Origin: Octopus bimaculoides
Taxonomy: Eukaryota
Direction: 5' to 3'
DNA: 64,000 nt
NCBI RefSeq assembly: GCF_001194135.2
Contig: NC_068982.1
Location: 130,078,510 to 130,142,509, forward strand
Shown here: positions 1-12,066 of the stretch, piece after piece
Layout of the letters: the number at the start of each line of letters is the position of its first letter
Numbering within the stretch: the first letter of the stretch is position 1
The notes under the pieces: model-generated
Database searches by the model: none
Told to the model about the DNA's origin: nothing
Seen by the model: the letters and a program-made list of their open reading frames with translations, nothing else
Made by a program: the position numbers and the translations under genes

Positions 1-80
1 AACAAACAAAAATACCCTGTTGTTGATGTTGAAATTCCAATGAAGGAGCCTTGGATCTAGGTTAGAAACCGGCTCTTTCT
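1..80 (+). repeat. Duplicate of RLE-LINE 3' UTR segment (matches ~407-487), separated by a 10-N gap
   Basis: AATACCCTGTTGTTGATGTTGAAATTCC...AGAAACCGGCTCTTTCT occurs at 1-80 and again at ~407-487; either a tandem copy or an assembly overlap. Confidence 0.8.
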
Positions 81-90
81 NNNNNNNNNN

Positions 91-526
91 TTACTCTAAC
101 CAGATTACAAGTTCAGGTTTATACCTTTAATTTTTGGAGCCCTCGAATATGTAACACACTGCCTAAATAATAATCTTGAGAAATTAGGCTTCTCAAAACC
201 AGAAAGGAGAAAACTAATTCGAAGACTACAGATACAATCCATCATTGGAACTGTAAAAATCTGTAAAACTTTCTAGAAGTTTATCATTTAAATATATATA
301 TGAGCATGTCTAGATATACAACTATATACATGAGAATACATACATAAAACATACAAATCTGCATACATACATACATACATACATACATACATACATACAA
401 ACAAACAAACAAACAAAAATACCCTGTTGTTGATGTTGAAATTCCAATGAAGGAGCCTTGGATCTAGGTTAGAAACCGGCTCTTTCTCTATTGGCAAGAA
501 ATCTTGAAATAAACTGAATAATGACA
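91..526 (+). mobile_element. 3' end of restriction-like-endonuclease (R4/Dong-type) non-LTR retrotransposon, defective
   Basis: Translates PDYKFRFIPLIFGALEYVTHCLNNNLEKLGFSKPERRKLIRRLQIQSIIGTVKICKTF*KFII* (GAL(G) ... GT.KI RLE C-terminus), then a 3' UTR ending CTGAATAATGACA into (CATA)n; homologous to 37108-37638. Confidence 0.8.
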
Positions 527-530
527 ATGG

Positions 531-600
531 CATACATACATACACACACACATACATACATACACACACACATATATATCTATATATGTATATATATCTA

Positions 601-671
<71 letters not shown>

Positions 672-710
672 NNNNNNNNNNATCTACCTGTATATATTCA
701 TACACACACG

Positions 711-770
<60 letters not shown>
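531..770. repeat. Compound (CATA)/(TA)/(CA) microsatellite (representative of dozens in the window)
   Basis: Visible directly; explains the YI/HT/CV ORFs in the track. Confidence 0.97.
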
Positions 771-773
<3 letters not shown>

Positions 774-1219
774 ATGTATGTCTGATGTTAAACTAATGAC
801 AGGGACTGAGAAATAATTAAAAGTTTGTCGACTCACACCTTCACGTACATTGTACATATTCCTCTCTTTCACTCCCATACGAACACATACACACATCTAT
901 ATACATACATACATATATATATTATATATACATGCTACAACAATTATATGTATATATACATACTACAACATGTGTGCCTGCATATTTGCATACATACTTA
1001 CAGACAAGCATAGACATAAATACTGAATTCGCATCAGTATGTATTTGATGTATACAAAAGATCTACAGAACAATATCCATGCTCGCACATATATTCCTGT
1101 CTAATATTAATGCAGAGATGTAGGGACTGATATAAGTTTACCGGCATAACATTAATTGTTAATGGATGTTTATTACTTGTAAATTAGCCTAATATATGTA
1201 GGTACACACACTCTTACAT

Positions 1220-1257
<38 letters not shown>

Positions 1258-1394
1258 CGCGCGCGTATAATGTGTGCGTATATGTAAGTATGTATGTATG
1301 TTTATGTGTTGAATGTATGTCTGTGTGTGCTTGTCTGTGTGTGCATATACACATATATATGTATCTACATATATATACATTTATATCATGTGTG

Positions 1395-1478
<84 letters not shown>

Positions 1479-1696
1479 TTTACACATGTTTACACAAATT
1501 TTAACATATATATATATTCACCTATATAAATATGAATACACATTACATCACAAATTACCTTTAAATATTTTTTGACATTCACATTTATTCACAAGAAGTA
1601 CATACATGCCAACTAACCACACTGAACATATTTAAAACATTTCTTCTGGGTGGCGAGAATTTGAAGCAGAAAATTCAAATTTGGTTAATTACTTAC

Positions 1697-1803
1697 CCAT
1701 TTCTAAAAAGTTTCGAGTGGACGATCAGTGGTATAAAAACTATAAAAATGGTAGAATACCGAAGCGGCTTCGCAGAGAATCGATCAATCAGTGCCATCGC
1801 CAT
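1697..1803 (-). CDS. Candidate first coding exon with signal-peptide-like segment; rest of gene would lie left of the window
   Basis: MAMALIDRFSAKPLRYSTIFIVFIPLIVHSKLFRN(G); second ATG in GCGATGG context; consensus donor GG|GTAAGT at 1696; non-repetitive CpG-retaining sequence; no homolog recognised. Confidence 0.35.
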
Positions 1804-2414
1804 GCAACCCAAGTTTGTATGTAAACTTTGTTGAATGTAAACTGCTGGGTGCGACAAATGAAGGCATGAAGTGGAAGCGTGTGCACGTAACACAAGCTTT
1901 TCTCCGCCTCGTCAAACAGCAAAAAGGAAGAAAAAAAAGGAGAAAGAATGGGAAAACGTAACTTGTGTAGAAAGAGAGAGACTAAATATATGAATAAAAG
2001 GGAAGGGGAGAGAAAGAGTGACAGTGGGATATGAGAGACAGATAGATAGACAGATAGAAAGAGAGGTAGTGGGTGTTTAGAAATGAAAAGCACGATATCA
2101 GTCTCTTTAACTACTCACACGCACTTGAGCCACCGTCCGTCACATAACACATAAAGCTACAAGTGTTATATTGCCGCTGCTGCTGTTGCTACTGCTGCGT
2201 ATATCGATGCTGCTGATGCTGATGTTGTTCTTGTTGTGGCTTTTGAAATTAATTGTTGTTGTTCTGCTGGTGCTGTTGTCAATATTGTTGTAAGCTGTCG
2301 CTGTGAAAGCGGTGAGGGCGATGTTGGTCCCTAACTTTTGGGAGGATGAGATGAAGGGGATGTTGTAATAGGGAAGGAGTTCTAGTAAAGGTCGGGGCAT
2401 TAATAATTGCTTCT

Positions 2415-2610
2415 AACAGGCCAGAAGCTCTGGGGAGGGAAAGGGAACAGTCGACTGTGTTAACCTCGGTACCTGACTGATATCTTATTTTATCGACCCA
2501 GGAAAGATGAAAGGCAAAGTTGACCTTAGTGAGATTTGAACTCAGATTTGAACATAAAGAATCGGAAGAAATATCGCAAGGCATATTTCCCAAATATTCT
2601 GCCGTAAGTC
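2415..2610 (-). mobile_element. tRNA-derived SINE, family A (degenerate)
   Basis: Shares TTATTTTATCGACCC...GATGAAAGGCAAAG...ATTTGAACTCAG core with ten or more other copies. Confidence 0.8.
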
Positions 2611-2644
2611 GGAGCTTTAATAATAATAATCCCTTCTTATTATA

Positions 2645-2835
2645 ATAGGCACAAGGCTGGAAATTTTGGGGGAGGGGGTTCGTTGAGTGTATCGACCCCA
2701 GTGCTCAACTGGTACTTATTTCATCAACGTCAGAAGGACGAAAGGCAAAGTCGACCTCGACGGAAGTTGAACTCAGAACGTAAAGACAGACGAAATGCCA
2801 TTAAGTGTGTTGACGCCCCTGGTAGCTCGCCGCAT
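2645..2835 (-). mobile_element. tRNA-derived SINE, family A
   Basis: ATCGACCCCAGTGCTCAACTGGTACTTATTTCATC...GAAAGGCAAAGTCGACCTCG...TTGAACTCAGAACGTAAAGAC; tandem with the preceding copy. Confidence 0.85.
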
Positions 2836-5546
2836 AATCTTTAGTAATAATAATGACCCCGAACATTGCCATAAGTTCACAAATTCGGGAGAGAGGAGTT
2901 ATAATCGATTAGGTCGAACTTACTACTTGATTGATATTTATTTATGGATATTGGTGGTATTTGAACTCAGAATGTGAAGAGAGTTAACCTATTCCGGCAA
3001 CACGGTTTTCAGGACCAATTTGAACAATGCAACCCTTACTGTCTGCAACTTTTTTCTACACCAATCTCCACCCATCACTCTCATTACATCAAATAGAAGA
3101 AATGCAGTCAGAAAATTATAATTAACTTGCAAACAAGAAGTTTTTAGTTTTCTGATCATACATCTATCACTGAGTAAAGTTTGAAATGTTTTATGCAAAA
3201 TCACGTTACAGGTCATAGCATTACACAAGGTTCTCAATACGCTCCCCACCCATTCATGTATTCCTTTCTTCTTTGTTCTGAAACTGACCTCACTTTCTTT
3301 ATTACGAAGTTTTCTTGTTTTTGATTGCACCAGGGAATTTTTTGTATTTGTTCCTCCACACTCGAATTAACGTGAAAGGCGATCGCTTAGTGAATTAAGT
3401 CGGACTTTGGCTATTGGACAGTGCATGTCATTCTGTCCACTGCTTGACCAATTCTTCCACTCTGAAGTACAAATTTACAGTATTTGGAGGAGTGTATAAT
3501 CGATTAGGTCGCTTGGTAAGTGGCTGGTGGATATTTCATCGTTCCCAGAAGTGTAAAAGACATTGTCTAATTCGGTAGTATTAAAAAAAAAATTATTTAT
3601 TGGGTATGGAGGGAGATGCAGTGCCTATAGTCCTCACAATGCTTTCGAGATAGGTAAGATTGATACCGTTGAAGTTCTGCTTACATAGTTGCAAATCAAC
3701 ACTTGCGGAAAAGACACAAGCAGGGAGAGAATACAAATGAGAAGGCAGTTCTGGTGAAAAAATACTGAGTAAAGTAGTTTGTGTGAGGCCTACGTGATGG
3801 AAACAATATAACTGATTAAAGGACTGCGAATGTTTGCGAGTAAGCGGCTCGAGAGTAGCCTGCTCCAAGAAGCACATGTCATTATACTGGATGCGGCAAA
3901 AATCCTGATACACAATTTTTGATAAATATTTTGCAGCTAACACACGACGTGCACTATAATGGTAACTAAAAGCCATAATGGTAGCTAAAAAGAAAAACGA
4001 TAAATCGTTAGCTATCATTACCATTTACCTAGCGTCACAAGCGTAACACTACCAATGGTGAGTTTTTCTACTACACTCTGTAATAACGGTAGAAAAGCTG
4101 AGAGAAAAGACAGTATGCCTGCGAATCAGAGGGTGGAGTGTGTTTGTAAGTGACTTGCATACAATCAGTCGAGTGGCTTTTCGCTAGATGTGGCTGAAGC
4201 AGCTGATATGCGTTTTGAATTCATGACGTAAAGTATTACAAATATATACCGAGGCTATTTTCTCCATCACTCTAACGATTCTGTCAGGCATAAAGCCACA
4301 GACATATGGGGCGATGGGAAGGTTACAGATGAATAATTCTTTTAGTACATCACTGGTATTTATTTTGTCATATCCAACAATGAAAAGATTCAAATGCATT
4401 ATGGTAAAGTAAAGTTATAAACATCACAAGGCATTTTGTCTGGCAGTCTATGGATTCTGATATTCACAATTATATATGGGTGGGCGTGTGTGTATCTGTG
4501 TGTATGTGTGCACACGCGCGCAAGTACACAAGTGCAGATAAAAGATAGAAAGAAAAAAAGAGTATTCAATTTGAAAAGTCGATTAAAATATCTGATTTTA
4601 TTGTAAGTTGAAAATCTCAGACATCATTAGCTTGGTTTTCACGTTTCCGACTTCAGGACGAAAAATAATGTAAATGGAATATTAAGGAGAAATTTAAAGG
4701 CAACGAGAAAGATCGGTCACGGCAAATATCGAACACCAGCTGAATGAGGTTTGCTCACAGCTTTGGACCTTGTTGGATAAATAATGTGACTGTTAAAGTA
4801 AATATAAACATGTCAAGATGTCAAAAGAGTTAAATAAATAATAAATATATAAATAAATTGGAATATGGACGTAGAGGGAAGGATCGAAAGGGAAGAAGAT
4901 CAGGAAAAAGGAGAAGAGGGAGTAGAAAACAGCGATAAGAGGGAATAAGTGTAAGAAAGAAGGGGAGGAGGAGAGGAAACAACAACAAAAGATTTTCCGG
5001 AAAGGATGTCTCAAAAGAATTTGTTGTGTTAATAATGCGAATAATAATGAATTGAAATTATTTGCAAGATTGTAGTGATTTTTTTTCGACGTCTGACGCG
5101 ATATATTTTTAATAAAAAACGAATCGTGGATTTATATATAGACCAAGACAGATAGTAAATGAATGATTAGAAGGAAATTTAGCAAGAATTGAAGAATTTA
5201 TCTTGAAGTAGGTGTCGTTACTAAATTTTGTAGCTTGTTATTTCTAAAAGATAGGATCTTAGAAGGCAAACTATAAATGTATGTGTTACGAAATTCAAAA
5301 TTGCGAGAAAGAAAAGAAAAAGTACAATCCAGCATGGAGATGATATATTCGATAAATGTTGGTGATAACAAAAGAGTTTGGATGGAACTTGTTCTTATGA
5401 GCTAGAAAAGGTGGGGGATGTCTAGAAGCAGATGCAAATCTGCTTCAGATAATCAAAAGTAATATAAGGACTTTGATGCATGGCGACTGTAGGAGGACAA
5501 AATGAAGTACAGCATAACTTGGTCCATAGTAAGGCACGCGAAACCA

Positions 5547-6014
5547 TCTAATATATAAAACAGAGATGTCTGTGTATTCGCTTTTCACGTGAAATCGACT
5601 TCACCAAATGCTTCCATACTTGTGATGCATGAATAATTTGACCTCGGATAAATGTTAGGCTCTTCATCTGATTTTTTTTTATTAAAAATAAATAATATTG
5701 CTTTATATTTAAGATTCACTTCTTTAAAAAGGTTCCTCAATGTCAACTTCCGGTATTGACGTAACTACGGCAAAAAGCTTCACTCTCTATTTCGACGTTT
5801 TTGTACCAAATGCTTACATACTTGTGATGCAATGTCAACNNNNNNNNNNNNNNNNNNNNNNNNNNNNNNNNNNNNNNNNNNNNNNNNNNNNNNNNNNNNN
5901 NNNNNNNNNNNNNNNNNNNNNNNNNNNNNNNNNNNNNNNNNNNNNNNNNNNNNNNNNNNNNNNNNNNNNNNNNNNNNNNNNNNNNNNNNNNNNNNNNNNN
6001 NNNNNNNNNNNNNN

Positions 6015-6056
<42 letters not shown>

Positions 6057-6729
6057 GCACACACGCGCGCGCATACACACGTGTGTCTTTGTAAATAAGT
6101 TTGTATACATTTATGTATGTGTGTGTTTGTAAGAGACAGAGTGTGAGTGAGTCAAGGGGTGTGTTGTCATATGCATCCATCATTTTTGGATGTATGTGTG
6201 TGTGTGTGTGTGACAGAGTGAGAGAGCGGTGTGTATGTAGTATCTACTCTCTCTCTCATACACACGCACACACACACACTCACACACAAAGATGTATGCA
6301 TATTTATGCATGTATGTATACATGACAACAAACCTCTCTCTCTCTCTCACTCTCTCTCTCTGTCACACACACACACACGTCCATTTCATCTGATGTGTGA
6401 TACTCTGTGTGCGTGCGTGCGTGCATGCATGCGAGCGTGCGTGGGGGTTCCACAATCGCCATTTATTTCAATTACTCTTGTGAGGATATTCACGTAAATC
6501 ATTTTTTTCATTTAATCCCCGTTTTAATTTTCATAAAAGTTTCCAAGTACCAATGATGCTTTTTGGCGCATCTTCAATTTTCCCATTCATGAGAGGCGCC
6601 CAGTCATCATTCATCTGAGAGTCCATCTACAGAATGTCCTCAGATTTCTATACAGCACATTTTGCTTTTTTTTCTTCCAGTATATAAGCAACAATTTCAT
6701 TCCCGGGCAATGCCGGGTGCCTCTGCTAG
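5547..6729 (+). mobile_element. Non-autonomous Helitron
   Basis: A|TCTAATATATAAAA 5' end; subterminal hairpin CCCGG-GCAATG-CCGGG (6702-6717) then CTAG|T 3' end; inserted between A and T with no TSD; internal microsatellites and an N-gap. Confidence 0.8.
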
Positions 6730-6944
6730 TACAATATAATTTCCAGGAGATGCCGTCTCTGATCCGAAGAATCTCCGTCTATTCTGTGGACTAATGAGAA
6801 GATCATTAATAGAATTTCTGAAATAATCTCGAGATGCCTACACGCATATAAATGTACTTTCGCACAATGCAGTGGGAATGAATTTTGAGTAACTGTTAAC
6901 ATAATTTACTTTAAGGTATGGATGACGTCTTACAAACATGAAGT

Positions 6945-7200
6945 AGATAACTTCAAATTACGATGAAAGTAAGCAAAATTAATTCTCAAACAAAATAATT
7001 AATTCTCAAACGCAGAATAATGCTAACAGAATTGCAGGAAAATTTTCCTGCAAAATATGGACATCTTATCCCGTTCCTGCTATTCTGTTAGCATTATTCT
7101 GTTTGAGAATTAATTATTTCTGTATCTTTCAATACATCTCAACGCTTCTAAAAGGCAACTTTGTTTGTTTACTTCCATAGTAATTTGAATTTAACATCAG
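6945..7200. repeat. Fold-back (inverted duplication) of a repeat body
   Basis: 6993-7040 is a near-perfect inverse of 7074-7119; perfect 20-bp palindrome TGCAGGAAAATTTTCCTGCA at 7033-7052; ~6945-6978 is an imperfect inverse of ~7165-7198. Confidence 0.85.
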
Positions 7201-7253
7201 CGTCTAATAAAGATTGATTTATAAGCTCAAAAATTGCAGATTAATTTGTCAGA

Positions 7254-7425
7254 GGGAAGTTTAACTTAATGGCAAAGGACTATGACCGGTAATCACAGGG
7301 ATGTGAGTTCGAGTCTCATGGCTGGCCGGTGGCGAATTTTTCTGCAAAATATGGAAATTTTATCCTGTTCTTGCTATTCTGTTAGCATTATTCTGCGTTA
7401 GAGAATTAATTATTTCTGTATCTAC
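7254..7425 (+). mobile_element. tRNA-headed SINE-like element (family D)
   Basis: A-box-like TTAACTTAATGG, B box GAGTTCGAGTCTC (7305-7317); body repeats 7041-7130. Confidence 0.55.
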
Positions 7426-7712
7426 CAAGTAGATAGTTAACTCGCTTTGTGATCCTAAGTGCACCAAACCTCACGTGTGCGTGTGCTCACATTTTCGTGG
7501 ATGCTTGCCCGAGGACGATTATACATCCATATTTGTTAACGGTTATTTTCGATAATTTTCTTGCTGTGTTGCGTGTTCGTTTCTCTTTTTTCCATCTGTG
7601 ATTCTATTTTTGATCTTCTATGTAAATGAAGATATTTCCTTCGTCTGGCTGCTTTTCTTTCTACAAAACTAGAAGTAACATCGCGGAACTGTTATTTTAA
7701 TGTGTTGTGTCT

Positions 7713-7826
7713 ATTTATCACCCGATGAGATACATCTACACCGCCGGATGCTCCTGAACCAGTTGTTGAGTGTCCTAACCGAGAAGGATCAATGCTAGAT
7801 GTGTCGAAACAATTGTCGGGATTAAT
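7713..7826 (+). ncRNA. Type I hammerhead ribozyme motif, Penelope-type (palindromic stem III), with core U4C change
   Basis: ATCAC-CCGATGA-GATACATCTA...TAGATGTGTC-GAAA-CAATTG-TC-GGGAT; 10-bp stem II, ACAATTGT palindrome, GUC site at 7815-7817. Confidence 0.7.
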
Positions 7827-9429
7827 AAATTCTAGTACATTCCATCTTCCGTCTTTCATTTGCCATATACATAGCGATCGCTGTGAAATTGACCGTGCTT
7901 TACCACTAAGCTACCAGGTGTTCACCATTCGTTTTATTATCCAATATATACATATGTGTGTGTGTGTGTGTGTGTATGTGTGTGTGTGTCTGTGTGTGTG
8001 TGTGTGTGTGTGTGTTTGTAGAAATATATGTGTGCATGTGTATGTGTGTGTGTGAATAAGTATGTTTGTTTATGTGTGTATTTGTACGTGTGTCTATGTG
8101 TATGATATATTTAGTATGTGTCATAACCTTGTAACTTTTGTATGTGTGTGTATGTGGATGCTTTCATGTAAGTGTGTGTATTTGTGTGTGTTGATGAGTG
8201 CATGGTTTCGATGAGGTTGTAAGAGAAAGGGGCGGGTGAATTAAAAACGTAGATTTTCTTTGCGGATCTTATCTTTCTGCTATTGTTCCTACAAAAGTCA
8301 TTAAATGGCTGATGGTCGTTGATGGTGCGGTCACTGCTTTGATCTATAAGATAAATTCCAACGGGCTTCATTCTAACTTTATCTTGATTTATTTCTATAC
8401 CGTTTACGGAAAAAATTGTAATAGCATATATATATCACTCTATCTTTGAGATAGCATGTGTTATATTTGTTAGATATTACTGTATCATATATTCTATAGT
8501 CTATATGCGTAAGTATAGATATGGCATGCATGTAGGAAGAACGCTGGCAAGACATGCACCATGACTGAAACTCGAACATCAATAATGGAAAACGTAGGGC
8601 TATTAGAATGAAAAGCAATTTTGTTTAGAGAACATGCGTTTATAAAGCAATGAAAAATTACTATCTAATTACTACCAATAAATTTTATAATATATAATCT
8701 TTTTGACTATAAGTTTGCCCAATCAGAGCCGACCTGTCACTATAAAAAAATACAAAAAACAAAAAACAAAAAAAAAAAGGAAGAAAAATGCAGTAACACG
8801 AATACACATGCAGACATACTTATAACAAAAACTTATCACATGTGTTATGAGAGCTTTTAAAATGAGAAATCGATAGCAAATAATCTGATAACGATAACGA
8901 TAACAATGATAACAATAACAACGAAAAACAATAGCATTCATGTGTGCTTACACAAATGCATACGCATGACAGGTAGGAACAAAAAAAAAAAAAAGAATTG
9001 GTAGATCTTCCTTAAAAATTGTAAATCAATTAGTTAACTGGTGGCTCTTTCATATGGACTTCATCGTTCATGGATAATTTGCTTCAAATTTGAAATCTTA
9101 AAATCTTGAAGTAGATCAAAGCTAACCTGATTTCTGTTTACAAGTAATCTTAATCACCTTTGAGATTAGAAGGAAGATTTTTAAGTCTTGTACGAGCTTA
9201 ACGTATTCCAGTTGAAGTCATCTCTTACAGTTTGCTTTAGTCAACTTAAACCTTTTATACACTTTGTAGTTTCCTGCCCTGTTAAGATAAGATCTCTTAT
9301 ATTGATACGGAGCGTCAGATTGACGGATAAACATAAATAATTGGATGTTGTGGTGTTTCTGCTATTCTCATCAGCGTTAGTAATGATACTGAAACAATTT
9401 TAAGCTAATGAAATTACTATATATCGCCG

Positions 9430-9580
9430 GTAACATAGATGGAATTGTAGAGCGCCGGACTAAGGAGTGACCGCTTTTGCGGTAGTCAAATGCATACCTT
9501 TGTGTTCTGAATTCAAACCACATTTGAGTCGACTTAGTTTTTCATCTGTTCTGGATTGATCAAATAAATACCAGCTATAA
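9430..9580 (+). mobile_element. SINE family A, highly degenerate
   Basis: TTCTGAATTCAAA...GTCGACTT...TTTCATC...GATCAAATAAATACCAG. Confidence 0.55.
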
Positions 9581-9594
9581 GCGCTAGCAGAGCT

Positions 9595-10005
9595 GTGTAA
9601 CCGAAACGTCTACTTCGCAAGCACATGGTTTCTACTCCAGTTCCACTGCGCGGCACTTTAGGCAAATGTCGTCAATTATAGCCCTGGGCTGGCCAATGCC
9701 TTTCAAGTGACAATTGTACGGAAATCCAGTATACAAATACATATCTATATATGTGTTTGTTGTGTATTTGTGTGTATGTATTTGTGTGTAGGTGTGTGTG
9801 TGTGTGTGTGTATGTGTGAGCGCGTGCGTATTTGTGTTTGCCTTTTCTGATAACAGATGTAGTTTTTTTTTACTGACGTTCCCATTGCTTAGCGGTTCGG
9901 CAAAATATAAATAAGTACTACACTTGCATACTGGGATCGATTTAACTAACTAGGCCCTTAAAAACAGTGTTCCAACATGGTTACACTCTCAATGACTAAA
10001 ACTAA
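9595..10005 (+). mobile_element. tRNA-derived SINE, family B (degenerate)
   Basis: CACATGGTT...CCACTGCGCGGCAC...TTAGCGGTTCGGCAAAA...CAATGACTAAAAC with internal (TG)n; matches 22105-22520 and 47351-47747. Confidence 0.7.
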
Positions 10006-10102
10006 TATAGAATAATAATTATTATATAAAAGTATACTGAGCAGGGATGATTTAAAATAAAACTGTGCACATTTATGTTTAGAACGTTCGTGGTCATTCA
10101 AA

Positions 10103-10525
10103 CATGAAAAGACCTTCTGTACGGCAACTGTCTCGAAAAGAAATTCTTCTTATAAAATGTGCGTGAAAACATACTCGGCTGGGTTATGAATGACGTTGTC
10201 GGGTAGTAAGACATGTGTTTCTGCGTGTAAATGTACACAGCTTTGTTTTAATCATTAGTGATAAGTGGGCCTTTAATTAATGCATTCTAATTTGTCAAAG
10301 GTTAGCACTAGCCTGCATATTCAATTCTAGCTGTTTTCATATATTCCTTAGACAGTTATAAACGGCGATCTCAGTGTCCGTATCTGAAGAAGCACAAGCA
10401 CGCAGAAACATGCATCTTACGGTCTGCAAACGTTATTCAGAAGAGCATTTCGGTGTGTTTTTGCACACAGTCTATAAAGAGAATTTCTTTTCCGTGGCAG
10501 TTGACGCAGCGAAGGTCTTTTCATG
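10103..10525. mobile_element. Old element with ~125-bp inverted arms (MITE/fold-back remnant)
   Basis: 10103-10227 (CATGAAAAGACCTTC...TGTTTCTGCGTG) is an imperfect inverse of 10399-10525; no TSD resolved. Confidence 0.65.
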
Positions 10526-11219
10526 CTCGAGAGTACTTGAATATTGTTATATTCTTTTTTGCCAAATAAACACACGCACTATATATTCATTCTTCACTTT
10601 AGATTTATTATTGTTCTTATTTTATGCCATTTCTCTGGAAATCTTTCGTCACACATCCTGTGACCTCTTTATTCTCAGAAAGGACTAAACAGAATAAGAG
10701 GAGACATGTGGGTTGGAGAATCGCGAAGAAGTCCCAGGATATGTGATGAAAGATTTCCAGACAAAGGACATAAAATAAGAACTATAATAAATCTGAAGTG
10801 AAAACCGAGTATGTACGAGTGCGTATATTTATTTGGCAAAAAAAAAAAAAAAATTATCATCCCGAAATATAACAATATCTGTTTCAACACACGATTTCAC
10901 ATCAGGAATCTTGCAGCACGAATACATATGCGTAAGTCCTTGAATACTTTAAATATAAATGTACACATCTTATAAAACGAAAAAGGATACTGATAATGGT
11001 TCAGTCTGTCGAAGTTTATGGGGTCATGTGAATGTATGAAGTCGTTAATACATTACAAAGGGTCAAATCGTGCCACCTTTAAAGTATATTTCAACTTTCT
11101 TCTTTTGTCCTTTCGCACACACACCCACACACACACACGCTCATACACACACACACACACACAAACATTCACACACACGCGCACACACACACACACACAC
11201 AGACACAGACACACACACA

Positions 11220-11267
<48 letters not shown>

Positions 11268-11691
11268 TTGTAAATGAAGAAAAAATAAAGAGAAAGAAAA
11301 AGAAATAAAGGAAGAANNNNNNNNNNNNNNNNNNNNNNNNNNNNNNNNNNNNNNNNNNNNNNNNNNNNNNNNNNNNNNNNNNNNNNNNNNNNNNNNNNNN
11401 NNNNNNNNNNNNNNNNNNNNNNNNNNNNNNNNNNNNNNNNNNNNNNNNNNNNNNNNNNNNNNNNNNNNNNNNNNNNNNNNNNNNNNNNNNNNNNNNNNNN
11501 NNNNNNNNNNNNNNNNNNNNNNNNNNNNNNNNNNNNNNNNNNNNNNNNNNNNNNNNNNNNNNNNNNNNNNNNNNNNNNNNNNNNNNNNNNNNNNNNNNNN
11601 NNNNNNNNNNNNNNNNNNNNNNNNNNNNNNNNNNNNNNNNNNNNNNNNNNNNNNNNNNNNNCGTGCCAACGATTCTGCCAGCTCGGTGCCT

Positions 11692-11717
11692 TAATGATGA
11701 TGATGATGATGATGATG

Positions 11718-11778
<61 letters not shown>

Positions 11779-11815
11779 TAATAATAATGATGATGATGAT
11801 GATGATGATGATGAA

Positions 11816-11848
<33 letters not shown>
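11692..11848. repeat. (TGA)n/(TAA)n compound microsatellite adjoining a SINE A terminus
   Basis: Visible directly; preceded by CGATTCTGCCAGCTCGGTGCC. Confidence 0.9.
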
Positions 11849-11851
<3 letters not shown>

Positions 11852-12066
11852 ATATCTTTTGAGAAAATGAGGACAATCAAAATAAAGAGGAGTCAGAAAT
11901 GATATTAAGCAAATAATATATTTTTTACAAATGTGAAAATTTAAACGGTAAGAGTAGACACAAGGATGACAACGGCCGTTAGAAAAATATAAAATAGAAT
12001 TCTAAAAAATTCCTGCAGCTTCATTTAGACATTGGTCTCTTCATAACGATATATATATATATATAT

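Noticed and set aside
1-80. Tandem RLE-LINE copies as a biological array
   Set aside because: The identical copy abuts a 10-N gap, so an assembly overlap is at least as likely
10377-10422. Hammerhead-like CTGAAGA...GAAACATGCATC
   Set aside because: Stem II and stem III do not close, and the segment overlaps the arm of an inverted-repeat element
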